From Prorocentrum cordatum (Eukaryota), in NCBI GenBank assembly GCA_963575745.1, contig CAUYUJ010000334.1, positions 62,001 to 115,212 on the forward strand: a stretch of DNA of 53,212 nt, written 5' to 3'. The notes under the pieces are model-generated. The model made no database searches. It was not told the DNA's origin and was given only the letters and a program-made list of their open reading frames with translations. A program made the position numbers and the translations under genes. The first letter of the stretch is position 1, and each line of letters starts with the position of its first letter. This document shows positions 24,514-35,748 of this stretch, piece after piece.

Positions 24514-25699
24514 GAATATTATTCCTTCTAAAGAATTATTATTGTTGGGACCCCTGGTGCGCGACCTCTGCGCCGCGCCTAGGCCGCAGCTACATTTTCA
24601 TCATTTTTTCGCGAAAGCTTCAGAAAAGTGGATTATGTCCGGATCCGGTTTTTTGTTGACGCTCGTTTTCTCTTGCAAAAAACAATAGAAAATGAAAATT
24701 CTTGTTCTTCTTTGATCAAATTGCAAGAATCCCTTGCAAAAAATAAGGTAAAGTGGACATTCGTGCGCGCAAGACGAAATCCTTCCAAAACCTTAGGTTT
24801 CGTAACGATTTTAACATAAAAACATCAAAAACCCAATGGTTTTTTAAGAAAAAATTGTCAAAATGTCCTTCCGCGCGCGCTGTCCGAATCCCACAAAACC
24901 AATGGTTTTTCAACATTTATGTTACATGAGCTCGCGCGAGCTACTTTTTCTTGTTCTAACATAATCAAATTTCAATAATCCCTTGCAAAAAATAAGGTAA
25001 AGTGGACATTCGCGCGCGCAAGACGAAATCCTTCCAGAACCTTAGGTTTCGTAACGATTTCAACATAAAAACATCAAAAACCCAATGGTTTTTCAAAAAA
25101 AAATGTCCAAATTTCATCCCGCGCGCGCTGTCCGACTCCCACAAAACCAATGGTTTTTCAACATTTATGTTACATGAGCTCGCGCGAGCTACTTTTTCTT
25201 GTTCTAACATAATCAAATTTCAATACTCCCTTGCAAAAAAAAAGTAAAGTGGACATTCGCGCGCGCAAGACCAACAAAAAACACGACGATCTCAGGAACT
25301 TGCCCCAAAAATGTGACCAACTCCGCTCTCTCTGTCTCTCTCTCTGTCTGCTCTCTGTCTCTCTCTCTGTCTGTCTGTGTCATGTATTGTATGTCACAAT
25401 TGCAGGATGCTGGGCACACGCGCGCCCCGAATAAGTGACCAAGTTCTGTGGGTGTGTACCCCACGCCAGTGTAGTAGCCACGGTCGTCCGCACGCCACGA
25501 AGTGAAGTGTCCCAACGTCATAGGGCGGGAAGCTGGGTTTGGGTGGTCGCGAAGAGTCGTTTGGATATTTGGTAGAGCTTGAACTGCCCCCCCACGAAGT
25601 GGGGGTATTGTCTCGCGTCGCATGAAAACCCTGGCACTGGTGAGAACACTGAGCGTTCGGGTAAAATGATTGTTGTTGTTGTTGTTGTTGTTGTTGTGT

Positions 25700-25752
<53 letters not shown>

Positions 25753-26415
25753 GAAGACTCATTTCTAAAGAATAATTCTTGCTGATCTCCAGGAGCGGTT
25801 CCGCGCGCTCTCGCCTCGACGCTGGCTACATTTTCTCTGAAAGCGAGGCTCCCGCTCGAGCGTTGGCTTGACCCTAAATGTGCGCCCTTGGAGGCCCAGC
25901 TACGACAACAACGGCTCCCGCTCGATACTTCCTCACAATTTACCCCGAGACACCCTGGCCAGAGGCCCCCAAACTCAGGAACGGCGCTCTCGCTCCAGAC
26001 TTCCTTGCACTTCAATTAAGTTGGCGGAGGCCCAGCCACAACGACGAGGGCTCCTGCTCGATACTTCCTCACGATTTACTCCGAGAGCCCCTGGCCAAGA
26101 AGGCCCCCGAACTCAAGAACGGCGCTGTCGCTCGAGACTTTCCCGTAATTCAGGCAAGTTGGTGGAGGCCCAGACACGGCGACAAGGGCTCCCGTTCGAT
26201 ATTTTCTCCAAGGTATTCCGAGAGCTCCTGGCCAGAGAGGCCCCCGAACTCAGGAACGGCGCTCTCGCTCGAGACTTTTTCGCACTTCAGTCAGTGGCCG
26301 ACACGGAAGAGATCCCCCCCAGAAGTGGGTGCAATCGAAGACGAAGTGGGCGGGTATCGAGGGTTGGGGTATACGGAATGCAAGACACGCGTGCCAGTAA
26401 GAGCGAACAGTCTTG
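24512..26415. repeat. Composite dispersed repeat, copy 2, with internal ~250-bp and ~130-bp tandem units
   Basis: CCCTTGCAAAAAA...AAGTGGACATTCG recurs at ~24731, ~24980 and ~25228; CTCARGAACGGCGCT recurs three times in 25970-26270. Confidence 0.8.
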
Positions 26416-26647
26416 AAATTATTATTATTGTTGTTGTTGTTATTATTATTATTGGGAGTATTATTATTATTATTGTTTTTACCGGACCACATCCAAAACA
26501 TACGTTCGAGCACCCCGAAACATATCGAAACAGTGTCGGCACGACACGCCGGCGCTGGCGAAGTGCCGAATAAACATCGCCTCCCAGGGTCCGACGCGTG
26601 ACAACCGTCCAGTTTCCATACTCTCTCGGTGCTCGAACTTCTTCCTG

Positions 26648-26819
26648 TCGGGGATGGACAAACCTCCCTTTAGTAAAACGTGGTTTAGTGAAAACGACTT
26701 CGGGCCCAAACCTGGCGGGCGCAAGCCTGGAAAATAACGGCCACGGCGCCCTCACGAAAACCGAAAACGGACAATTCACTAATCGACGTGTCACTGTTGG
26801 GGGTTCTGTCCACCCCCGA
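26648..26819. mobile_element. MITE with TCGGG...CCCGA termini and 5-bp TSD
   Basis: TIR TCGGGGATGGACA / TGTCCACCCCCGA; TSD TCCTG; second copy at 27673. Confidence 0.82.
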
Positions 26820-26916
26820 TCCTGGTGATCATGGCTAACGCAGCTTGGAACATCCGAATCCTGGAGCATTTTTTCCTGTTCCCGGGGGGGCCTGCTGTTC
26901 TCTGCCCACCCGGGCC

Positions 26917-27076
26917 GCAGGTCGGGAATGTCTTCCTAGAGGCGGGGTTTGGGCGACAAATAGAAAACAATCAAACATCTTCAAAGTTTGTCAGCAATCA
27001 TCGAAACATCGCCCCCATACTATTTTCTGACTATCTCTGAATCTATCCCCCCTGTCGAGAAGCGTGCCCGACTTTC
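26917..27076 (+). mobile_element. MITE family A copy
   Basis: Both TIRs and interior; TSD not recognisable. Confidence 0.75.
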
Positions 27077-27672
27077 GGGGGCGCGCCGACATGGATTCGC
27101 GATCCATGGACTTGGCGCGCGGTCGCCAAATCCATGGATTGGGGGAGGTGCCCTCCCCAAAATGCGGCCGGTGCCGCCTCGTTCGGCGGCCGAAATCCGC
27201 GACTTCCCATGGAAACGGGACCCGTCGCTAATCCACGCCCCCTTGATCCATGCTTGCGATCGCCTGACGCATGGCTTCTTCCGAGGCGGGGGGAAAAGGG
27301 TGGGACGGGAGGATAGGAGATACTTGAAATATGCTGACCAGGTTCTGTGAGGCGCAGGCTCTATGGAGGCCATCGCAGACGGAGGCCTGCGATCAGACTG
27401 CGCGGCTCGCCGCTGCCAGAAGCTTATTGACCGTCGTGCCCCCTTGATCCATGCTTGCGATCGCTCGAGACTTCAGCCTGGCCGCTGCCTCTGGCCCTCG
27501 ACCCCCCAGGGCGCCCCACCCTCCCCCCCCCGCAGGCCCGCTCCTGGCTGTCCGGCCGGCGCTTCCCCGGCCCGCTCGGGTCCTTCTGCGACCGGCCCGC
27601 GGCCCGCTTGCGGGCCTGCCCGCCGGGCATGAGACGAAGCCAGGACGAGGGCCCAGCACTGAGGAGCGGTGC

Positions 27673-27825
27673 TCGGGCTTTAGTAAAACGTGGTTTAATG
27701 AAAACGACGTCGGGCCCAAACCTGGCGGGCGCAAGCCTGGAAAATAACGGCCACGGCGCCCTCTCGACAACCGAAAACGGACAATTCTCTAATCGACGTG
27801 TGTTGGGGGGTCTGTCCACCCCCGA
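27673..27825. mobile_element. MITE with TCGGG...CCCGA termini and 5-bp TSD (same family as 26648)
   Basis: Interior nearly identical to 26668-26819; left TIR reduced to TCGGG; TSD GGTGC. Confidence 0.82.
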
Positions 27826-28321
27826 GGTGCCCTGTTTCGGGCCCTGTAGGGGCCCACTTTGGGGCCCGAGAGGGCCGCTCTTCATCAGACGAGGAGAAGG
27901 TCACCGTACCGCTGCCCTTCCCTCGTTCTCTCCTCTGCGGGCCTCCCGCGCGGCCCCCTTCGCCGCCGCTGGATATTCGAACCGAAGTCCTGGTGCGAGC
28001 CCCGGGAGAGGGTCTGGGGAGTAGCGGTGTGGGCACCCTTCGTTCCCCCACCTCGGGGGGCCCCAAAGGGCCCCTCTTCGGCGGCCCTCACGCCCCCCCC
28101 CTCACTCGATCGCCCCCCCATGACGCGTCCTCCGACATCTGCTCGGATTTCGGCCTCCGTGGGGCAAGGCCCTCGGAGGTATCGCCGGGACGCAGAGCGT
28201 CGGAGCCTCCCGCGCTGGGCCTCGCCAGGGGCAGACTTTTTTTTGGGTGCGCGTCGGCGCAGAGTCAGTATTGGTGTCATAAGGATCCCTCGAAGCGGCG
28301 CGCTCCGAAATTGCCTGCGCA

Positions 28322-29587
28322 TTATAAAATAGGGGGTGTCTTCTTGACCTTGCGATCCGTGTCAAGAGTGGTGCTGTTCGAGAACTTCTTCTGCCGCTGA
28401 GACCTCAAGAACCCCTCGACCTCGCTCCAGAAGATGTCCCGAAGCTGGGCAAACTGGTGCTGAAACTCTTTCGGGGGCATCTTCAGGACGTGGACGTTCC
28501 AGTCCAGGATGTGCTGGTCGGGGAGCTCGCCCCTCGGGCAGAAGTAGAAGCCCCGGACGGTGTTGAAGAGGTCGACGATGCTCTCGAACGGCCAGCCCTT
28601 GAACTGCCAGTCGGAGCCGTCGCTGATCACCGCAGCCACGCGCAGCCAGTGGCCCTTGGTGAACCCCTTCGTGCTGTCACGGACCTCGAACGTCCACATG
28701 CGGCCCTGCACGTTCCGCAAGATGTCCACGGACTCGGACCGAAGGCTCTCGAAGTACTGGACCTTGTCCCTCTTTACGCTCTCGTACTCGCCGGCCTGCA
28801 GCAGCTTCTGCGCGGTCAGGAGGTTCACCGGCGCGTTCTTGTTGCAGGGCACCAGGATGATCGGGTTGTTCTTCTTCTCCTGGCGCAGCATCTTCTCCAG
28901 CTCGGAGAGCATCGTGGGAGGCACCGCCTCGGCCTCCGGTTTGCGCTCGGTCCTGTTGTGCCAGTTGCTCACCTCCTCCTGCGCGATCCTCAGGATCAGG
29001 TCCGCGTTCGGCACGATCTTGCCCGGGACGCGGACCAGCACGTCCAGATCCTTGACGGGCCGCACTCGCGCCTCCACGTCGGCGTAGGAGATCTCCCCGG
29101 GCCTTCTTCTCTCGTCCGTCCTCGCCGACTTGAGCGGCTTCTGCCTGGCCTTCAGCGCCGCCTCCGCCTTGGGGTCGGTCGGCACGGCCGGCTCGAGCGT
29201 GGCCGGGGCCTCGTCCGTAGGCTCGGGCCCGTCCCCGTCGCGCTCGCGCTTCCTGGCCACGCAGAGGCCCTTGCACGTGCTCTCCCGGCCGACCAGGTAG
29301 TCGCAGAGGTCCCCGCGGTTCGCCACGCCGATGTACTGGAAGCCACGCTTCCGTGTGGTCTCCAGGGTGTATGGCCTGTCGCCGGAGATCTCTCGGAGCA
29401 TGTACCACACGGATCCGACGTCCATCTTCGGCATGCCATCCGCGATCCGGTAGCCGCACTTGGAGCCGCGGTGGACCTTCTGGCCGTCGAAGAGGAGGTA
29501 GTCATCCTGGAACTTGACCTTCTTGCCCGCCACGTTGAAGTGCCTCAGCAAGACGATGGGGTCTTCCTTGAGATCCAAGCTGCCCAT
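28322..29587 (-). CDS. CDC73: CDC73/parafibromin-like Paf1 complex subunit, 421 aa, intronless
   Basis: Uninterrupted ORF with strongly GC-biased third positions. N-terminal EDPIVLLRHF resembles the Cdc73 N-terminus. C-terminal NPIILVP...VNLLTAQKLLQAGEY...TFEVRDST...WLRVAAVISDGSDWQFKGWP...LFNTVRGFY...WNVHVLKM matches the Cdc73 C-terminal Ras-like domain. First ATG is at 29587; the ORF-track start at 29635 is GTG. Confidence 0.88.
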   Translation of the reverse strand: MGSLDLKEDPIVLLRHFNVAGKKVKFQDDYLLFDGQKVHRGSKCGYRIADGMPKMDVGSVWYMLREISGDRPYTLETTRKRGFQYIGVANRGDLCDYLVGRESTCKGLCVARKRERDGDGPEPTDEAPATLEPAVPTDPKAEAALKARQKPLKSARTDERRRPGEISYADVEARVRPVKDLDVLVRVPGKIVPNADLILRIAQEEVSNWHNRTERKPEAEAVPPTMLSELEKMLRQEKKNNPIILVPCNKNAPVNLLTAQKLLQAGEYESVKRDKVQYFESLRSESVDILRNVQGRMWTFEVRDSTKGFTKGHWLRVAAVISDGSDWQFKGWPFESIVDLFNTVRGFYFCPRGELPDQHILDWNVHVLKMPPKEFQHQFAQLRDIFWSEVEGFLRSQRQKKFSNSTTLDTDRKVKKTPPIL

Positions 29588-29719
29588 CCCGCAGCCCCTC
29601 GAGCGCCCACCGCTCAAACAAGCGAGGCACCACACCTCTGCGCTGCCATGCGCCCGGCCGGTGCGCGGACGCCTTGCACAGCGCCCGCCTATAGGAGGCC
29701 CCGCCCTGCCTCCTCGGGC

Positions 29720-29741
29720 CCGGAGCCTATAAGGCTACGGA
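29720..29741 (-). other. Degenerate relict dinoflagellate spliced leader upstream of CDC73
   Basis: Minus strand reads TCCGTAGCCTTATAGGCTCCGG versus DinoSL TCCGTAGCCATTTTGGCTCAAG: 17/22 identical, ungapped, sense orientation, 132 nt upstream of the ATG. Confidence 0.65.
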
Positions 29742-31294
29742 CAGGACTCGAAGGGTGTTGAGACCTACTGTCGGCCCGCATCAGAAGGACGCACGATGAC
29801 AATGCAAGACCCTTTGCCGCCCGTTTCGAAGCTTCTCGAGCGGGGCGCGGCCGACGCAAGTGGCCAAGGATGGGCCGAGGAGGCAAGGATGCAAGGGCAC
29901 CCTCGGGGGGGTGGCCCATCCGTACCACTGTGCGGGTTGACTGTATGGCGGCCGACAGCGGGAGCGGAGTCTGGCCGAGAGCCTGAGGCGTCGACTCTGC
30001 CACCAAGTCCCACAAGCTGCCCTCTCGGCCGGTGCCGCCCCGTGATGCTCCGGGCCTGCGTCGGGATCGTGCCCGTCGGGGAGCCTCTCCACGGCCCAGC
30101 GCTGCCCTCCGCTGCCTCCAGCTTCTCCATGGCTCGGCCCGGTCCCCGCTTGTCTCGACGGCCCCGGCGCTGCCGCCAGACTGCCTCGGCTCGGCCCGGT
30201 CCCCAGCTGCCTCGACGGCCCTGGTGCGGTGGAAGAGGTCGCGCCGTAGGTGGAATGCTGCAGGGGCCCGCGCGGAGGACTCAAGCTCTAGGGGCGGCGC
30301 GGGACCCTTCCCTCCCTTGGTGGGCTTGTTTTCCACCGCCACCACCATAAGTAGGAGGGGGAGGGGGTCCTCCTCCTCCTCCTCCTCCTCTTTTTCCTCC
30401 TCCTCCTCATCCTCCACCTCCGTCCCCCCATCCGACTTATGGTGGTGGTGGTGGTGGAAAACAGGATCATCATCCCTGGCTCGCGGAGCGCGCCTCCAGA
30501 ACTTCGAGCTGATGCCGTCTCTGACGAAGGGGGATGTGATGCCGGGGGACTGGCTCAGGGGGAAGCGTCCACCTGGCATCGGCGAGACACCGACCACACC
30601 TCGGCGATGGGCCTCCGACGGCGAGCCCGCGCGCTCCTGTGCTGGGCGGGCCAGCAGGCCCCCATCGGCGATGCAGGTGCGATTGGGGGTCGATGCGGCT
30701 CCACGCGAGCCCATCCCCCGACCAGTACCCCGATGCCCCCACACTCTCGTCCAACCCGGGTGATCCTCGTCGTCCGGCTTTTGGGCCATAGCTCGGGGCT
30801 CTGGCGGCCGCTCTGGGGCGATCCAAACGCCGCCGCGGCGAGGCGCGGCTGCCGGAGAGCACCCCGAGGCCGGCAAGCCGCCGAGGACCAACGAACACCC
30901 CCCGAACACCTCGATGCAGCCGCTGGCGTTGCCTCAGCCGGCCCTCCTCCGGCATCTGCGCACGTGCACCCGGGTCGCCCAGCTTCGCGCTCCACTGACC
31001 TGGCGTTGTCTTGTGCTGTTCCGATTCGTGCTTTGGTTTGGGACCAGGACCACGTTCCAGAACGAGCTCCGAGCACCCAGAGAAGTATCGAAGCAGTGCA
31101 TGACCGACACGCTGGCGCAGTGTCGAACGAGCATCGCCTCACAGGGCCCGACACGGGACAACCCTCCTGCAGTTTCGTCACTCTCTGTGTGCTCGAAGTT
31201 CGTTCGGGTGATCAGGCCTCAACCAGGCTGGCACAACCCAAACGTTGCCCCTTAATCTTCTCCTTCGACTCGTGGCAGGGTGCTGGGTGCCCTA

Positions 31295-31463
31295 CAGTCG
31301 GGGCGTTGACCTAAGGAACGATAAATAAGGAACGAGGCCTCTTTTTCCCATATAGTAAACTCCGATTTTCCACCTCAGGAAAACCCAAGGAGCACTGTAA
31401 AGCAACTAAGGAACACGGAGCCCCTCTCCAACAAAAAGGGTTCCTTCTTCAGGGCCCCGACTG
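31295..31463. mobile_element. Tc1/mariner-type MITE
   Basis: TA-CAGTCGGGGC ... GCCCCGACTG-TA. Confidence 0.78.
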
Positions 31464-31675
31464 TAGGTGCGCGGCCTTCTCGGGAGGTCCTCGCGCAGCC
31501 GCGCGCGCTGGGGCATCGGCTGTGCACACAGCACCGCTCCTGGCCAAGGCCGATCCTGCGCCCAAGAGATCGGCGCGCATCCTGGGCGAGAGACGTATTA
31601 ACTTCTCCGCGGCCTCGCGGGCCGCGACCCCGCGAATGCGGGGCGCCTTTTCGCGGATGCCTCGCGCGGAACGTA

Positions 31676-31851
31676 CAGTCGGGGCGTTGACCTAAGAAAC
31701 CCTAAATAAGGAACGATGCCCCTTTTTTCCATAAGTTGACCTTCGATTTCCTATCGAGAACATAAGGAAAGCCTGAGGCAAGCTGTGAAACACTTAAGGA
31801 ATGCGGAGCCCCTCCCCAACCAAAAGGGCTCCTTCTTCAGGGCCCCGACTG
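31676..31851. mobile_element. Tc1/mariner-type MITE, second copy
   Basis: Same TIR and TA flanks; interior similar to 31295-31463. Confidence 0.78.
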
Positions 31852-32351
31852 TATACTTATCCGCGGCCTCGCGGGCCGCGGCCCCGCGAATGCGGGGCGC
31901 CTCTTCGCGGATGCCTCGCGCGGAACGTATCCGTGCGACCGCGCATCCGCGCGATGGCGCCGCGGGATCCAGACTGCGAGGGCGCCGATACAGGCCTCTT
32001 CGCCGCTCCTTTGTCCGCCTTGCAAGCTTCCAGCCGTTACGGGGCAGCTTCAGGGGCAGCGTTCGGTGCAGGGGGTCGAGGTTCGAGGTCTGGGGCCATC
32101 AAACACAAGAGAGCCCCTAAGCTCAAGAATACAGGGCAGACGTGGCCTGATTCAAGTCCCCGTCTCTGCATTTGGGGTAATCGCTCTGAGCTGTTTGGTG
32201 CATGCAGCTGCAGGAAAGACCCCCTGTCCCTAATGGGTACGTTCGCTGCTCGTGAGTGTATATGCCTTCCTGCCCACTCCAGGAGGGCGTACGCACCGAT
32301 CCTGGCCCGAGGACGGGCGTGGCCAGGACCGGTGGAGGTGTACAGTCAGCG

Positions 32352-32907
32352 TTAGGTCGGGCATGTCCTCCTACAGGTTGATTTTCGACGAAAAATTCGC
32401 CGGCCCAACGGGCCAGAGGCGTGCTAAGATCTCCGGTAACTACTTAACTATATTTCTAGTTCGCGCGCGCGGGGCGGCCCCCGGGGGCACCCAGACGAAA
32501 AATACCCCGGCCGATCCCCGGCTGGGTTCCGGGCGATCCCCAGGGGGGGGGGTCTATTTTTCGCCACACCTCACGAGGATCGTGGCCTCCGAGGGGGTGG
32601 CTGCAATCGACTACCCCCCCCCCTCCCGCCCCAAGGGGCCCCCAAGAACCCCCTAAGAGGCCCCAGGGGAGCCCAATACGTCGCCAAGGAGCCCCAAGAC
32701 GCTCCCAAGAAGCTCCCAAGAGGCCCCCAAGACGGTCCCAAGAGGCCCCAAATAGCGCTTTAGGGCCAGCGGAATGAGCGAAGCGATCAAATAACATAAC
32801 AGTCCAAACATATTTCACACATAATCGAAAATAGTAGAAACATCGCCCCCATAATGTTTTTTGTCTATTTTGAATATTCCCCCTGTGGAGGGACATGTCC
32901 GACTTCA
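32352..32907 (+). mobile_element. MITE family A copy with ~390-bp nested insertion
   Basis: Left TIR at 32352, right half at ~32790-32907; TSD AGTCAGCG/AGTTAGCG. Confidence 0.8.
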
Positions 32908-32943
32908 AGTTAGCGCCCTCCCAGGAGGGGCACCTCGGCGGAC

Positions 32944-33138
32944 CATGGCCTCGAGGCGTGAGGCGCGGTCGTGCGGCAGAGCCGTGCTGTGACCGGGGGC
33001 CTCCCAAGTGGGGTCGGAGCAGATGGGGTCGGAGGGTCGCGCATGGCCTCGAGGCGTGAGGCGCGGTCGTACGGCAGAGCCGTGCTGTGACTGGGGGCCT
33101 CCTAAATGGGGTCGGAGCAGACGGGGTCGGAGGGTCGC
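32944..33138. repeat. Tandem duplication, ~98 bp x2
   Basis: CATGGCCTCGAGGCGTGAGGCGCGGTCGT...GGGGTCGGAGGGTCGCG occurs twice. Confidence 0.85.
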
Positions 33139-34611
33139 GCCGCATCGCTGACACATCGGAGATGCGTCGGCGATGCACCGGCGACGCCGACGGCGCCATC
33201 GGCGCGGAGAGAATGGGGCTCCACCTCGAGCCGCGCTGGCGATGCATCGGCGCTGCGGCGCGATGCTCCGGCCCCGCCCACTCGGACCTCATCTGGGAGG
33301 CCTGGATGAAGAGAGCCTTGAACGATCGCGGCCTCCCGGCAGCCCGCACATTTCGATGACGGCAGATTCTGTGCCCCTGGGCGGCGTGCCGCCTGACACG
33401 CCCCGCGAGGCGTGCGGCGCGCAGCTCTGTCCTCGCGCGCCCCGGCAGCAGGGCGCCGACGGCCCTGCGGCCCGGGCCGCGGGCCCCGATTACTCTCAAT
33501 GGGGCCCTGGGGCACACACAAAGAAGCAGACGCGCGTCCCAGGATTCCGGATATCTTACCACGCTTTCTGGGTCCTCGCCTTCCCCTCCGCTTCAAATCC
33601 TTTCCCATATTCTCCTGGGAGTCGATGATGACTTGTGTCTCTGTGTTTTTTCCCCTCCTGAATCATCTGCGCGACCCTGAGAGTGACGTGCCTGGGAAAA
33701 CCTTGTCACAAATCTGGTCGCGGAGGGACCCGCCTGGTAGGGGCCTCGGCGGCTACCCAGCAGCCACAGTCGGCCCGTATCACAAGGATGCACGGTGAGG
33801 ATGCAAGGGCCTTGGACGCCCACGTCGAAGCTTGCCGAGCGGGGCGCGGCCAACGAAAGTGGCCAAGGATGGGCCGAGGAGGCGGGGACGCAATGGTTAC
33901 CCTTGGGAAGGTTGCTCATCCTTGCTATGCGGGTGAACTGTACTGCAGAGAATGGGATAAAAGCGCCACGAACACACATGTTCGGCTGTCCGCCAGGTTC
34001 CCCCCGGAGCGGCCTCTGGCGCCGCCCCCGGGCGCGCGGCGCACGCCAGGGGGTAGAGCCCAACACGCCGATCCGAGAAATCCGCGCGGACCTCCAAAAC
34101 TTCAGCTCCTGCCGCTTCCTTCTGACTGCGCCTACAGTAGGCGCTCGACCACAAGAGACCTTCCACGAGACACCCGACCCCGGAACCCCGGGACGTCCAC
34201 TGAGTTTTGGGTCTGGGTCAGGGGCTGCGGCTCGCAGGCCAGAGGGAGTTTAATTTCACAGACCGGAGTCTGTACCATCTTGGACCATCCTGAGTTTTGG
34301 TGTGGAAGCGTCGCGCTCTCCGCAGCAAACGAAACCCAAGGAACCCAGGGCACCTGGAGGCAAGCAGGGTGTTTCTTGGCACGGGCCTCCACGGTGCAAG
34401 CTGCGGGGGCCCTGCGAGCGCACGCGTCCGCACCCGCGCGGCGGCGGGCCTGCCGTGCCCTGCCCCAGAGAGAAACCGCGCGCGGGAAAGCGTGCGCCCA
34501 CCTGCCGCGTGCCCACCTCTCGCCCAGCCGCTGGCCACGTCATGCGGAGCTCGGGCGAGGGGCAGGGGGCGGCGGCCAGGGGTTGCAGTAATGGCTCGAC
34601 CACGAGGCATG

Positions 34612-35125
34612 AGCTGGTTTCGCCGGCGCTGGTTTCGCCGACGGCTGGTTCCGGGTTTCGCCGACGGCTGGTTTCGCAGGCGCTGGTTTCGCCGGCGTTT
34701 GTTTCGCCGGCGCTGGTTTCACCGACGCGAGCCCTAACGGGCGGGTCGGGTCGGGCGGGCGGACCTTAGCGGGCGGGTCGGGTCGGGTCGGGCGGGCGGG
34801 CTTTAACGGGCGGGACGGGTCGGGCGGGCGGGACATTAAAGTGCGGGGCGCGCTCGAGCGAGCACATGCGAACCCTAACTGGCGGGTCGGGTCGGGCGGG
34901 CGGACCCTAATGGGCCGGTCGGTTCGGACGGGCGGACCCTAACGGGCGGGTCGGGTCGGGCGGGCGGGCGGGACATTCAAGTGTGGGGCGCGCTCGAGCG
35001 ATTACGCGCGAACCCCGGGCGGGTCGGGTCGGGCGTGCGGACCCTAGCGGGCGGGTCGGGTCGGTTCGGGCGGGCGGACCCTAACGGGCGGGTCGGGTCG
35101 GGCGGGCGGGCCATTAAAGTGTGTG
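34612..35125. repeat. Minisatellite arrays: GCTGGTTTCGCCG units, then G-rich CCCTAACGGGCGGGTCGGGTCGGG units
   Basis: Direct reading; higher-order period of ~140 bp marked by CATTAAAGTG-like motifs at ~34834, ~34974 and ~35112. Confidence 0.85.
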
Positions 35126-35582
35126 GCCACGCTTTCCATCGCAAAGCCATCGAAGCCCAAGAAACCCAGGGCACCCTGGATGCAAGCAGGGTGTTTCTGA
35201 TATGCGTTTCCGAAAGGGACGCCAGCGAAAGGGACTTCTAAGACCGCGGCGTTGCATCTCAGACTAACTTCGGGAAGTGCGAGTGACAGCGTCATGCGGC
35301 GACCCTGTGGGCGAAGCCGGGCGGACTTGAGGAATTGACATCGCCCGTCTCAGAAGTCCGCTTCCCTGGGGTCCCATTTGGAACCGCGTGAGTTTCTTGG
35401 CATGGGCCCCCACGGTAGGCCCTGGGCGCGCTGCTCCAGGGTGCAGGCCCAGGGTGAGCGGGCCCCGGGATGACGACCCAGGGCGGGGCAGGGGGGAGGA
35501 GAATGAGAGCAGGGGCGGCCCCAGGATGAAGACCTGGGGTTAGCGGCCCGTTCCAGAAACCCTGAGCACCAGAAAGCTACGT

Positions 35583-35748
35583 TCAGGTCGGGCATGTCCC
35601 CCTACAGGCGGATTGGTTTTGGACGAACAAAATTTAAGGTAGCCAAATCATACAACAAACCAATCAACAAATAATCAAAACATCGCTCCCAGACCATGTT
35701 TTGACTATTTCTGGATATTCCTCCTGTGGAGGGGCAGGCCCGACTTAA
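35583..35748 (+). mobile_element. MITE family A copy flanked by a 45-bp direct repeat
   Basis: Both TIRs; flanks 35538-35582 and 35749-35793 match at 42/45. Confidence 0.85.

Noticed and set aside
29588..29635. 16-codon N-terminal extension of CDC73
   Set aside because: It starts at GTG; the ATG at 29587 directly precedes the conserved DPxxLLR motif.
28228..29750. TSD around the CDC73 retrocopy
   Set aside because: Only a loose CAGAC/CAGGAC similarity, too weak to call.
28457..29761. 434-aa plus-strand ORF and other frames overlapping CDC73
   Set aside because: Antisense and alternate-frame shadows expected from high GC3 codon usage.
34730..35115. Telomeric repeat
   Set aside because: CCCTAA occurs singly per unit, not as tandem telomere repeats.
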